The notes under the pieces: model-generated | Seen by the model: only the letters and a program-made list of their open reading frames with translations | Told to the model about the DNA's origin: nothing | The model's database searches: none | Source of the DNA: Klebsormidium nitens | Taxonomy: Eukaryota > Plantae > Klebsormidiophyceae | Assembly: GCA_000708835.1 (NCBI GenBank) | Contig: DF237377.1 | Location: forward strand, 15,190 to 79,189 | Reading direction: 5' to 3' | Length of the DNA: 64,000 nucleotides | Made by a program: the position numbers and the translations under genes | Shown here: positions 50,601-63,584 of the stretch, piece by piece | Layout of the letters: each line of letters opens with the position of its first letter | How positions within the stretch are numbered: position 1 is the first letter of the stretch

Positions 50601-53600
50601 ATACGCACATAGTACAGCGGGAGATTTGCAATCAAAGACCGCTCTTGAAAGTCCCAGGAACAAACTGTGGCCGGACACAGGTGGAAAAACGTAAGATGAT
50701 CTCTCTTGCAAACGGGCAGCGTCGCAGTAAGAGCACTGGGCAGAAGCAAGAATGACTTGCGGTCAGAAGTTAGTCACACTGTGCAAGCAAAAAGTCCAGG
50801 AAGGCAATCGCAATTAAGGCGCGCGCGGTGGGCGATGATGACATCCGTGACGTCAAAGGTCCATTGTACGTACACTGGCCTGAGCTGGAGGACCCATGTC
50901 CGGCTTATCTTTGCCACGACAAAAGTAGAAAGTGCTGCCGAAAGCCACCGGTACCACCGAGTGAAACCTTCTTTACAGTTCGTCAAATCAACCAGGACGT
51001 TCCTGACTGCTCTTACCGTCAAAACCGGAAAGCGTGCTCGATTGTGACACTTGGGATGTACTCCAAGAATGATTACTATTGATACGGAGCACATTGTAAA
51101 GGTGTTAACGGTCGCACATGCCTTCATCATGCAAGAACTGAATTTTACAGCTCTGATATTTTCACTGATGTCGGATGGCAGGTAGCCTGCCAGCATGCTT
51201 AATAGGATCGATCAGATGATTCTTCCGTGCTCTCCACGGGCTTGCCCGTTGACTCGAACCATTGTAGAGAGAAACAGGGAATCTTCGGAGGACAATCAGA
51301 TGGTATGACTTGGTGCTTGGAAAACCTGCCTCTTACAATGCTAATCCCACTGACCTCATCAAGACAGAAAGGTTCGCAGGCATAGAGGGCACAGTTTCAA
51401 AAAGCCTCTTCCATCGCAGTATGACAGGGCGGCGGCGTCAGAGCCATCTCAAAGAACTCAACAAGAGTGAGGCATACTACTCACAAGAAGCTCGGCATTG
51501 CCTTTATAACGCCCTAACTTTCTTTCCTGAATCTAAACTTCTCTCAGATTTTGAGAAAACTTCGAGTGCAGCCAAAAGAGAGCACCGCAGAGAAAGGGTG
51601 CGCGGGCTTCTGCCGGACGCGCGGACTAAGGGTTACGTTTAGGTTCGCGCAGAAAGGAAAGGGCAAAATGATGTCCTTCGACTAGGAGGAGAGCAAGAAC
51701 AGCGAGCAAAGCTGGAGCGAAGAATCGACGCTGGGCGGACGCTACCAAACGGACGATGCAGCATCAAGCGAGCTACTACGCGGAACGAAGTAAGAATGAA
51801 CAAGCAGGATAAGGATTGCCATGTCTACCATGGGCATGTGGTAAAGGCGGTACACAGGACCAGAAGTAGCACACAGGCGTTTGAGAGAAATGCCACAAAA
51901 AGGGGCTTGATCGTCGCACTCAGTCGGCTGCAAGCAGTGAGGTCATTATTCGTGGAAACTCAACAAGCAAGACAGAGTCGGGCGTCAGTCCCTGCAAGCC
52001 TAGCGCACGAATTTCTGAGTGGTCAAAAGCACTCACTGGACGGCTCATCTTCGCCCGCATTCTAATCGGTAGCAGCCCAAAACATTGACATGAGCCGAGC
52101 CTGAGAAAGCTGAAAGATACGTCAGGGACGGCCCACATAACGAAAGCAAACCCCGGTTCTCAAGAAGAGTAGGAAAGAACAAAGTGCTCCAATTTTTGGA
52201 TTCAGAGCTATGTAAGGAAGCACGTGAACAACGCGTTGGATCCAGTGTGTAGGACATACCATTCTTCGCCACTTTCTTGTACGAGTCGGATGCCCGGTTT
52301 CCAGAAGAGCATCGCTTTGTAGAAAACAACCAAGCCTCGGAAAAGAAGGGTAAACCACCGAAATTTCGGATTGATCCAATTTCGGATGGGCAAGTTTGAT
52401 ACAGGTTTCGGACGGGCAAGTCGGGAACATCACTCAGCGAAACTTCAGTCTGTTCGATACCAAATCGAAAGTTGGTCGAGATCGTCTCCAGCAGCTCCAT
52501 GACGGCAGCAACTTCTGATGGACAGTCCGACTACGGGGTTCATAACGGTACCTTGAAGTTCAACGTATCAGAGCAAAGTTCTTAAATGTCGAAGCAGTGT
52601 CACAGAGGAAGGCTTTTCAAAGCACGATGGGTGAAGCTTGCTTTGGATTTATGAGAACACAGAAGGACCCTTCGACAGCCAAACACGTCGACAACCGAGT
52701 TCATTATTGCACTTTCTGAATGGTCATCCAAGTACGCAGGATCGAAAAAACCAACAAGCTGCAGCACAGTCTCTGAATTGACAGCGGAAAGAAGTCCGAC
52801 GAGCCATATTCGGCTTGCACGCTCAATTTACAAAACCGATGTGGCGTCAGAGGATACTTCGAGTGGATAAGCAACTTACTCAACTTACCCAACTTATCCA
52901 AACCACAGCAGAAAGTTGAGGAAGCCCTTAAATCTCCGGACCCCAGAGTAACAGGCTTTCAAGAGCACTAGACGCCCGCATAACAACTGAATCGATCATC
53001 CGAGACGGAAGCGCCCGAGGCGCAAGACTTGTCAGCTTGGTACAAAGACAACGAGCGAGTTGTTCACCTTCAGACTAGGCTCTACGCAGAGTTGCATCAA
53101 CTTTCTGATAAGACCGTGGCTCTGTCTGAGGTTGTAGGAGCAGCATCGACCTTGAGCAAAATTTCTCAAGTTCGACTCGTCCCTGCCACGAAGTGAGCAC
53201 TAATCCGTTATTCTCCCGGTAACTCACGCCGTGGCGGCCGAGTTATTCGCCGTCCCTTTCACTAAACAAATCATCTGTGATGAGCTTCTCGTCGGAGCGA
53301 ACTCTGGCACGAGGCAGCATAACGGCAAGGCATCAAAGAGAGCGGACACTACGTGGCCTTTCGTACCTCTTCGTTAAGATGGCTGCCAGGTGACTGCCTT
53401 GAAGCACGCATAGGCACGAAAGCTCAGCAACTGCCGCGGAAATGTGGCGGGAATAAGCTTGATGTTTCCAGTCCCCGCTGTGGATCGGAAAGCTCCGAGT
53501 TTAAATAACCGCAAAGCGGCGTTTGTGCAAGTGTACAATGTCTCGGCGCAGATTGTGAGCTCAGTTTCGCAATTTTGTCAATCCACTTACCGAACCTGTC

Positions 53601-55077
53601 ACAGTCCGCGGGTTTGAAGCACCAATTCTCGTTGCCAATAGCATGGGACTTACTGCCTTCCGCCACGAAAGAAGTTGGACCCAGTCCATTGAAAGGCTTC
53701 ACAGGACCAGGAATCACAATCCGTATGCAAGCAATAATTGGTGGAAGCAAAGACTCCAGGCAGGCTGTCTATAAAGCATGCAAACGGCGAGGACCTTTTC
53801 TGACTTATCTCTAAAGGCGTTGCTGGCCTCAAGCCACAACGTCGTGGATTCATAAAAAACAGCCCACAGGAATCAACCTCTATTATGGAGTCGCCCCTCA
53901 AAACTTCCGGATCGCCCGGCCCAAGGCCACCCAAAGGAATACAAAACTTTGTCTCCGTATGCGTGTTCCACGATCATTGAACTGCAGTGGTTGGAAGTGG
54001 AAGTCACGCACTTTCTCATGAAGTAGCTCGAGTATTGCAGTCAGTAATATCAATCGTAATATTGTCCTGGCGTCAGGGACACCGGTATTCCCGCTGTGGA
54101 AGATGCTCACAGGCCAGGCCAATCATTGCCACACGTTATATTGACTGGTTGCACGACGTTTTTGGGTCTTGTTCGGAGATCGACACTTACAGCAGTCACG
54201 AGCCAATTGGAGTATGATTCTTAAGCAAGCGAAGGGGAGTTGAAAACTCGGCAACAGTATCAAAGGGACGAGCAAGGGAGGGGAAACAAACAGAGCTTTG
54301 GCATAATTAAAAAGAACGCTTGAGCAGATTCTTCACAAACTGACAAGCGGAACTACTAGGGCTTTGGCTCTGGAAACGGGTTCTAAAAGGTGCGATTGGA
54401 CCAGTCTGAGGGCTTTCTCATACACTTGAAGCAAAGCAAGAACCAACGCTGCTACACGGCACAGAGACGCCGGGACCACGTTCCGCTTGAACTGCAGACT
54501 AACCCATCTCAACAGCCATACATGTCGACAATCCTGTCCGTACGTTGCTGAGAGACTCATTTGTAGACTGTTTTCCCGAGTACGCAACACGAAAACGAAG
54601 TTTCGTAACAAAGCCGCAGCAACGTTCTGAAGGGGCAGCAGAAGCTTCCAGGACCATTGGCACGCTCTTCTAAGCTATGTGACAGCTGTGGCCTCAGTGA
54701 GCAACTGGGAGGTGGGCTTGGGGAAGCACCCGCGACTGACTCATCACGGCCACAGCTAAGTATCGACAGACAATACGAGTTTCAGCATGAGAACAACAAC
54801 GGGAGTACTAAGCAAACGTGCCCCTAGGCCGCTGACCAACGTACTAAGTACAGATTCAATCACTTCTTGCATTCAGCATGGACTTCTTCGGATGTAATAA
54901 ATGCTTTGAGTGGCTTGTCTTGCGCGGTGAAGGATGCCACTAGACAGATTAGGCCTCAACCACCCAGTCGACCAAAACGAAACGGCCCTCCAAGAGCTAT
55001 GGAAGCCTACGTCGTATATAAGAAGGAAAGGCTCAAGACTCTTGATTCACAGGGCACGGGACGGATTCTGGTGCGTA

Positions 55078-55160
55078 CAAGCGCAACCTTCATGAGAAAG
55101 TGATTCCCAGCAAGCGCAATTTTCATGAGAAAGTGAGTCCAAGCAAGCGCAATCACCCAG
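55078..55160 (+). repeat. 33-bp tandem repeat, about 2.5 copies
   Basis: caagcgcaa..ttcatgagaaagtga.tcc.ag starts at 55078 and 55111, with a partial copy at 55144. Confidence 0.85.
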
Positions 55161-55280
55161 AAATGATCGGCAAGGCCTGAAAATCTCTTCTTCAACACGG
55201 TTTCGAATACAATAAGGACAAACTATTCTGTCAAAAAGATATGAGTCTCAACGCCTCCGTGCTTCCCAAGTCAAATGCGG

Positions 55281-58200
55281 CTAGTATACGGGGCTCTTGA
55301 ACTTCAACTCAAACGACGAAAGGACCTGCTCCAAGAAGAGGGAAAGCAGGTTAGAGTCCATCAAACATCGATTTAGACCCTCTTCGCATAAAAACCGCTG
55401 ATGAAGGCTTCCGATAAGGGCGCCGAGCCATTGGCAATCTTGCCAAGAACTTGCAAAGAGCCGTCGGACGGAGATTGATAGCAAACGCGCTATTTGCTGG
55501 CAAAGTCGGCTCAACGAGACTCGTCTCTCAAGAAAAAGGAGCGTGTAATGATTCCGCGTAATTGACTGTAGGGGCTGCGCCTTAAACACTCCGGAGCAAA
55601 AATGAAGTCAAAGCAATGATCAGAAACTAAGAGCTAGGCGCAATTGCTGAATGGGCAGCCATTCAAGGACGAAAGGAGACGCAACGGGACCGTAAGGACT
55701 GCTGCGCACCTTGTTCAACACGCCTGCATACTGGGCGAACTCCTCTTCCCTAGCCTGCATAGCACAACGCCGTCGTTAACAGACGAGACTCCTCAGAGAG
55801 TGCGCTATTGTGCGTCAATACGAAGCACGATGAGATCAGTTGGGCACAGACAGAATTGCAGACTAGTTGAAAGTGGCGCCTAGCGTCGGAAGAAACCGCA
55901 ATGCGCGCGATTGCTTGTCAGCTCGAGAACCCTTCAAGAAAAGGGTAGCAAGTTTTTGATAGGCCTCACACGAGCTGTCGTTTTCATTTGAGAAAACACA
56001 CGAAGCGCACCAAAGTCCGTGAGCTTGAATAAAGGAGCACGCGGAGATGACAAACCCCGAGCATCTCTAGTACAAACACTCAACATTGAAGAACGCCTAT
56101 GACATCCAACCTTTCGACGTCTGAGACTTCGTCAAGGCTACAACCCAACAAAAACAAGCGGGCTCCACAGACACTCAACCGTTCTTCTTTGTCAGAAGAA
56201 CGGCACGTGGACCCGCGAGCAAGTGCGAAGCCTTGAGACCCAGCATGAACAAAGCCTGATGCGACAGGGCTCGTTAATCGAGTTCCTCTTCAAGTGAGCG
56301 CGGTTCAAATCAAGTTGGTGCGATCCGTCTTTTCCAATTGAAACGAAGCAGAACGCTGTATCTCATACAACGGAGCTTGATCTCTTTGACGACCTACGCA
56401 ACCCGTTTTTTGACGCCATCCAAGACAATTGAGGCCTGATGCTAGCTACGAGAATAATTATTCCTACCTGTGCGGTAACGGTGTAGAGCCGGTTATAGGT
56501 TCCATCGAAGCCCATGCCGATGCTGCTCATCAGGTGCCGCTTCATTTGGCCGGGGGCCTGGAACGTGTACTCCACGAAGTAGCGCCCTGCAAACAAATAC
56601 TCTGTCATTTGCAAGAACTCTGTCAGGGTGATTGACGCACTTTTGAGACAACGGTGGCTACTCGTGAGTACGAGGCAGAATCTTCTGAAGAATCGAAAAA
56701 TTTGAGCGTCACTGAAGCGTTCGTTCGATTGCCGACGGAACGCTGTCCACGAAGCACCTGAACCTTTTTGCTCCAAGCGAGGGTATACAGTCCGCCTCCA
56801 AAATCTCGACCCAAGCGTCTGCGATTCCCTGGCGGCTTGTCTGGGTGTTGTAACGTGAGTTGGAAATCCCGGAAGCAGGTAAAGCCGGAGAACTCGCACC
56901 TAGTCCGGATAAAAAGGTACGATTTTCCTCAAGGCGTGATTTGGAAACAGTGATTTGGCACGTCGTTTGCATCCGATCTCCCGTTGAAGCGCAAAGGGAG
57001 AAGGGGCCTTTTGGAATGGTTTTTTCGACGAGGAGGGCCAAGACATGGTTTAACAAAAAAGCTAAAGGATGTTCTAAACTAGCTCTATCGATCACACTTA
57101 TTGCAACCATTCCGTCAATCTGTTAAGCAGATTTCTCAGCGGAGCTTCCAAACTCAACGTCGGCTCAACATGACGCCGCGCACAAAGCACATCAAGAAGC
57201 ACGTCTCAAAAAACAGTTTCCGCATTTTCGGCTCACCGTTTTTCGTTTTAGCGTCCAGCAGTTTGGCCTCCGGCCCTTTCGGCTTCGCCCAACTCCGGTC
57301 CAACCCGTTCACCTGCAGGGACGTCACGCTAGCGTCAGCAAAGGCCGTGGCAGTTGAAGCCCGTTCTAACGCTTTCTGCAAACCGTCCGGAGAACGTATA
57401 GACACGAGTAGAAACTCAGTACGGACGGTCTGGAAAATGCTCCGCAGCAGTGTCCACGGCGCCCAGAGAATGCAGGACCGTCCGAACCTGGTCCAGTATT
57501 TCCAAAGGGCAGTCCGAAACTAGGAAAACTTGAAATCGTGAATGGTCCGTCCAGAAGTAAGCACTTCTGGCTGCCCGTCACTCAAAGAGATTGTGGCGAA
57601 GGTCCAAACATCTTCAAGACATCGCCCGGAATTGTCCGACAAATTCACAACGGTTTGAAAGAGGCTGATCGTCGTCTAGAGAAGGTGTCTGGGGAGCGTC
57701 CAAAAGCCGTAAAGAGCCACTGTGACCGTCCGATGACTATCGGGCCCAGTCCCAAAGCTTCAGGACGCCGGAGGTCGGCACTGTGACTCCAACACCGCAC
57801 TGTGACACGGTTTTTGAGGCACAATTTGGAAAAGGAGTGAACAAGACAACACGCAGGGACGGAGACTACGGGTTGGTCGAAGACAAGACGAACATGCTCT
57901 GCACATTTCGGTCGATCTGTGCCTTTCGGCGCACACAGTCCTTGACACTCAAAGAAAACTCAGAGCACAGGCTGTGGTAACAACTCCAAAGCAGAGAACC
58001 CAGATTCCGCCACTTTTTAAATCGCTTTTCTGAGCTTAGGATGCAGGTTCTGGATAAGTAGTGCCGCTTTGAAGAGAGCCGTTCTGGTGTGGTTTCTAAA
58101 ACGAACCTCGAGAAGCAATGCACCGAAACACACCCACAGACTTTTACAAGGACCATCTTTATGCACTTGAAGGGGCCGTAAGCAAAGAACCAGAGTCGGT

Positions 58201-61200
58201 AAATGGCATGCTGAATACGGAACCAGAATGTTGAGGTAATCCCAAAATGCAAGGATATGTCCGGCCGCGGTGAAGGCAGGAGCCATCAAAACTGCTGACG
58301 CTGTTTGGACGGCGAAGTGCAAAGTGCGAAATGATGCTTCTCAGCTAGTGAGTACAGCAGTAGGCTGCTAGACTACAGCTTGCGTCCGAAGCAAGGACCG
58401 AAGATCATGGAAGAAAGAATATGACTGGGCGGAGTGTACTTCTTGACACATGGCATCATGACCCACAGATATTCTGATGGGCGTGTTTCGCAAACCCAGT
58501 CCCAGTTCATCCTTGCCAGTCAAACTCGCTGCTAGAAGGGCGAAATGCAACAGTGGAGAATCAAGAGACTGCTTAGTCAACACCTGTACTGATTCTCCAG
58601 TTGTACATATGTTGTAAAGAGCCTGAAGCTCGACAGCCACGTTCTCGTACATCGTAAGCAAAATAAGGTCCCGGCCCGTGACGTCAGTAGATCCTCCCTA
58701 GGGCTCGTTTGCAAGCGGAGGTGACACGGGAACATAAGTATTGCAGGCAAAGCTAGCAAATCGAAGACTAATAAACCCAGGAGAGGAGTTGCAACATCAC
58801 GTCATAAACTCAATCGCAACTTCAGATCCTCGGCCGCCACTTTCTGGACACGTGTGCCCAGCCCAGGTATCCTCACAGCCGCATACACTTTGCTGAAAAG
58901 GTTGAGTAACAAAGCGCCTATTACTGAAGTCCACAACGAATGGAACAAAACGTGGCACAGAAACAAATTAAATCATTCACTGAGGTACAGTAGGCTGCAA
59001 GCATCAAGAACCGGACGCCGTGGAACTCTGGTATGATCTGCAGATGGAAGTCAGAACGACGGGGAGCTCCACATGACATGATCGAACCTAGGCGAAAATA
59101 AGACTGATGGTAGGGTCCTGACGCTCTTAACAGGGGGGCAGTCAGACTGGTCGTTGAAAAGAATCAGACGGCCCAATTGCGTTGACCGATCACAGTTCCA
59201 ACCTTCCCGTTGTTGTCGGCACAACCCGGTGCTTGGAAGAACGGATGGAGAAAAACCGCGCACAGCGGGTCTTCATAACTCTTGCTAAAAAGGGACTACC
59301 TGGGCGTGGGCGTCAAAAGAAGAGTGTGTCCTTGCTAGTGAGCTGCAGACACAACTCACGTTCGGCTCATCATGGCCCAACATAAAGCGCTCCGGTTCGA
59401 CTTCGTAGCGGTTCAGTAGACGAGAAGGAACAAAGGATTTACCGGAACGAGTAAACTCTAGAGAGTAGCAGCGCATGTTTTTCCAGTTCAGCAGCACGAT
59501 TGAGAGTTCAAATTTGGTCATGGAAAGGAGCGACAGCCAACAGTAACAGCGGCAAAACCCGCCTGAGAATATTGAGGACTACTTAGGAACACAAGCGACT
59601 ACGGATTGAGGAACCATCATGAGCTGGCTAACGACATAAATCAAAGGAAAAACGAAGGACTTGCAAGCATCGCCTGTATGTCAGAGGTGCGACCCGGTGC
59701 TTGGAGGAAAGACAAAGGCCACAGCATCAAACCTTCAGCAATTCATCCTCTTGATGTGCTGACTCTACTTACGGCCTCTAACCTTATGCAGCAGGTTGCC
59801 ATCGGAACACAAAATCGTGTCTAGTCTTTGCCTCAGAAAGTTCCAATGGAAAACACGGAAAGGACAGGAGGCTTTGATGACAAAAGACAGGTGGTACCTC
59901 CGATGAAGGTAGCCGCCAGCACGAACTCAAGTGTAGGAAAAGGAAGGAGGCCGAACGGTCGATTGAGATAGGTCTCGGCAGAAGTGCACGCAACAGGGTC
60001 CGTGGACAGCTTTTGACTGACCATAAAATCGTGGCTATCGCCGCAGTGACCTTTTAACATTGGTAAGGTGAGAAGCGGCACCGAGACATGGTACCGTTTA
60101 GCGTGTAACTGCCGAACAGGTTGGATCAACCGAAAGCACGTAGAAGCACACTCAAGGCAGCAACTAAGGACAAGGCTACCTTGTTCCCAAAGCTTTCTGA
60201 AACGAGAACAGTTTGACGACCTTAAACCAGCTTCTCCAAGTTTTCAACCAGAACGAGACCGCACAAGATACTCCAAAGTCTCTTGCTAAACCAGATGCTT
60301 ACTCACGGTGACCGACAACGGTTCAGGAGCTACTGTAGGACAGTATGCGGCTTCAAGGAGGAGGGACAAGATTTTCGATGAATCTTTCGACTCATGTATA
60401 ACTCATCCTTGCCACACCGAGCCTGTGAAACCTATGAGTACCCGATCATACAAAGGTCGTTATTGGGACAGAGGGACAGGCTCGGGGTTCGCTTATCGAA
60501 CCAGATCTAATGGGCATCGCGAAAATGATCAGTCTGAAGCCTTGACCCGGCAGAGTCGACCAATTCAAGAAACAGATATGTTTCCCTTTTTTGAATGTCA
60601 GGATCCCAGGTTGAAACGAGTCAGGATGCAAGTAAACGGCAAATCTGCTTATTGCACTTTGGGAACCCTCACCAAAGTCTCTCCAAACGCCTCCGCCGTG
60701 CCGAACGATCCCATCTTGGTGTAGTCCGCTGACAGGGGCGTGATCACCACGTTGACTGCAGGAGGACAGAAGCGTTCAGACGACGCGTTCTGCTGGTGTT
60801 CTTTGCCAAAAACTGGGGTCCTTCTATCTGAAGGGGGGTCAGCGGGTGCAAAGGAAGACTGACGGATGGAAGCGTCCATCAACGGTGTAGCAACCCTGCA
60901 GATACAACTCTTGCATCATATTTCCTGCTTTGCAAGAGTGCAAACGCGAGGTTGCCTCCTTGGGTTGATGGGCTTGCATGGGTAAGTATTTGCCACATGA
61001 AAGTGAGAGAAAAAGCCCTTAAATTTCGTCGCCGAAGTCGGACCTCTCCGATAAAACCGAGTTCTCAACTGATCACAATCGGGAATAGCGGAAACTGCCT
61101 CACCGTTTGTGTCCGTATCCCCTTCCTTGAAGAAGGCAACCACGCGTCGCTGGCTGGACGCCTTGCCCTCGCCCTGCGCCCAGTCTGAAACGGAGAAGGA

Positions 61201-63465
61201 AGTACCGTAAGCCGTTCTGCCCATCTTCCCGGTTAGGTGCACCAAACACTGTCAGGCAGACTACTGATACCTTACAAGACCCTGTCCCGAGCAGAAAAGC
61301 ACCATTTGCAACTTAGGCCTCCAGAAATCCTGGTTAAGTGGATACAAAGCTCGGCCGTACCTGCGGGTATTGACAGGCCAAACTTGCCATCGGAGTCCAT
61401 GTATGGAAGGAACTGTGTGCTGCCTCCTGCAGATAGAAGTGACGGATAGGAGGTTGGTTCGCATTCACCCAACTCGAACTCAAGGGTTGCGACCCTTGCT
61501 TTCAGAGCAGAAAGATATTGACCACACCAACCACTGAAGCTGCCAAGAACCCCACAGCAGTGCTTTGAATCGAAATCATGGGTGAGCTTGAAACTCTTGG
61601 TTTGAGTGAGGCATCATCAGTGCTGAGGTCTTAGGTAAGGTCTCACTACAATGCTTGCTGCACATCACAATCATTTCTGCGTCGCCGCAATCAAGACCTG
61701 TCCTCTTCCGCTTTACTGATACATCAGAGAGGGGTTTAATGTTGCTTACCTTCGCCAGCAGCAGCAGGCTGACAACATGCTCCAGTGGCGCCCGCCACAG
61801 CTAGGCTTGCGAGGGCTTGCAACACTTCACGTCGAGATGGGGGAACAGACCTGCAAATGCAGATACAAAGCTGAGTGAGACCAAACGTTTTGTTGCAGCG
61901 ACAAGGACGGTCTTTCTTGATTGAGACTGGGTGTTAGAAGGGAAGACAATCATGAGGGTTAAGAGCAACTACATTCTGGCTCAAAGTGCTTCACAAGTAA
62001 TCAGGGGTTGCAAGAGGCGCGGACAAACTGGTGGCTTCCATGGCTCCTGATTGGTTGAAGGTTTTCGACCACCACAACTCCTGTGGCATGTGATCATTGG
62101 GTGTTATCAACTCTGATCTTCTCAGTTACTTTCATGCACAAAGAGGAAGTGTCTCCCTGTTCAGTCAGGCACAAGACATGCACCAAAAGCTGGCAAGAGG
62201 GTATGGAGTGCCGACCTTGATACTGATGTCTCAGCATCATGTACCGCTTGTACGCTGCATTTGCCCCCCTTCAATTGTCTTGAAGGTCTTTGGTCTGCAA
62301 TCAAGTAGGCATGGATCGAAAAGCCATTGCATGGAGAGGTTCTGTTGAGACTTCCCATTGAAGATCCCTCATACAAAGTCTATGAAGGGACACCATTGAA
62401 CGACTCACAGATTGCTAGAGACGGCAGTCTCGCTGAAGCTTGAGCCACAGCATTGCCCTGAGATCAGAAGAACAACCTTCTAGAAAGCCGTTCGTCTGCT
62501 TGTGAAAGCGCATGAGTTGGCGAGTCATATGATGAAAGGATTCCTGTTGTGAACTCCTAGTAGACGACGCTTCCCCCAGTCCTGCTGGAAATCCAGTTCT
62601 TACTGAAGTGGTGGCGCTGTTGAAGAAAAAGCGATTGTGGGAAACCATGTCCATATTGCGAAGGCTACTGAAGGACAGCATAGATTGTAAGGTCATGGAG
62701 ATTGAAGTTCCATCCACAGCATTGCCCTTGAACCAAGGAATGACACCCTTGAAGGTCTCAGGTCTGCATTTGGCTTAAAATAAATTGGCCAAACTTTTAT
62801 CTTGAACGCTTCCTGCAAAGATACATTATTGGACTCCTTCCTCCGAGTGGTGGCGCTTCAAAATTTTGAGAAAGCTCGGTTTGGAAACCCTCTCCATGAA
62901 GACTTACGAAAAGCAAACTGGAGACAGCATAGATTGCGTGAAGATGGGAATTGCACATGAAATTTCAACTACAGCATTGCACTTGAACTGAGGAAACAAC
63001 TCACAAGAAATCTGGTTAAGCTGAGGACGAAGACTTTGCGCCAATTGCTTGTCCTTGGCTCCATGCGCTTGGGGTAAGGAGAAACAGCAGCGAGTGCCTT
63101 CTGCCAGCAGGGAGGACGCCATTCTGACCCTCTAGAAGCGGCTGCCACTTGTACAGATAACAATGTCGCTGCAATTTTGTCAACAGGCTCACTTGAGTCG
63201 AAGCATGCAGTTTCACCTCTGTTTCATGATGAACGTCTCGGCGACCATGCAGATACGGAGTAGCCCGTATTGAGTCGCTGAACCCGGGACCACATTGGGG
63301 TCGACTTCTCGGCGACACAGGTCCAGGATCTGCTAGGAAGAGTCCGCCGCCCTCCTTCAAAAACCCTTGAAACCCCACGCGGGCAGGGCGGCCGGGGCGC
63401 CGCTGCAGCTTGAATCCACCGTGCGCGGCGGGCGGCCCGCGCGACTTTACGCGCGCGGCTGCCAT
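55281..63465 (-). CDS. PPD3: PsbP domain-containing protein 3 (thylakoid lumen, Tat signal peptide)
   Basis: Minus-strand exons 63193-63465, probable microexon 62604-62616, 62216-62294, 61750-61850 (SRREVL twin-Arg signal, A.A cleavage site), 61361-61426, 61104-61184, 60673-60755, 57237-57312, 56468-56586, 55710-55754 and 55281-55325. Motifs DYTKMGSFGTAEAFGETL/VNGLDRSW.KP.G..AKLLD and HLMSSIGMG..GTYNRLYTVTAQ match Arabidopsis PPD3 from memory. The 5' exon junctions are less certain. Confidence 0.9.
62330..63000. repeat. About 240-bp degenerate tandem duplication (two clear copies and a fainter third) in PPD3 5' introns
   Basis: gtggtggcgct...ggaaacc.t.tccat...gacagcatagattg...acagcattgc.cttgaac at about 62607-62735 and 62847-62990. 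ccacagcattgccct recurs at about 62445. Confidence 0.7.
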
Positions 63466-63501
63466 GGGGCGGGCCGCCGCCCGGCCGCTCTGGCGCCAGA
63501 G

Positions 63502-63584
63502 CACGTGATAGGGACGTGATACCACTTAGTGTAGCTGCTGGCTGGCCGCCGCCGGCCGCGCTGACTGAACACACACGTGACGTC
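63502..63584 (-). promoter_or_regulatory. G-box elements (CACGTG at 63502-63507 and 63574-63579, the second overlapping TGACGTC) upstream of PPD3
   Basis: Exact motifs 37-120 bp upstream of the inferred ATG in a GC-rich region. G-boxes are typical of light-regulated photosynthesis genes. Confidence 0.4.
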
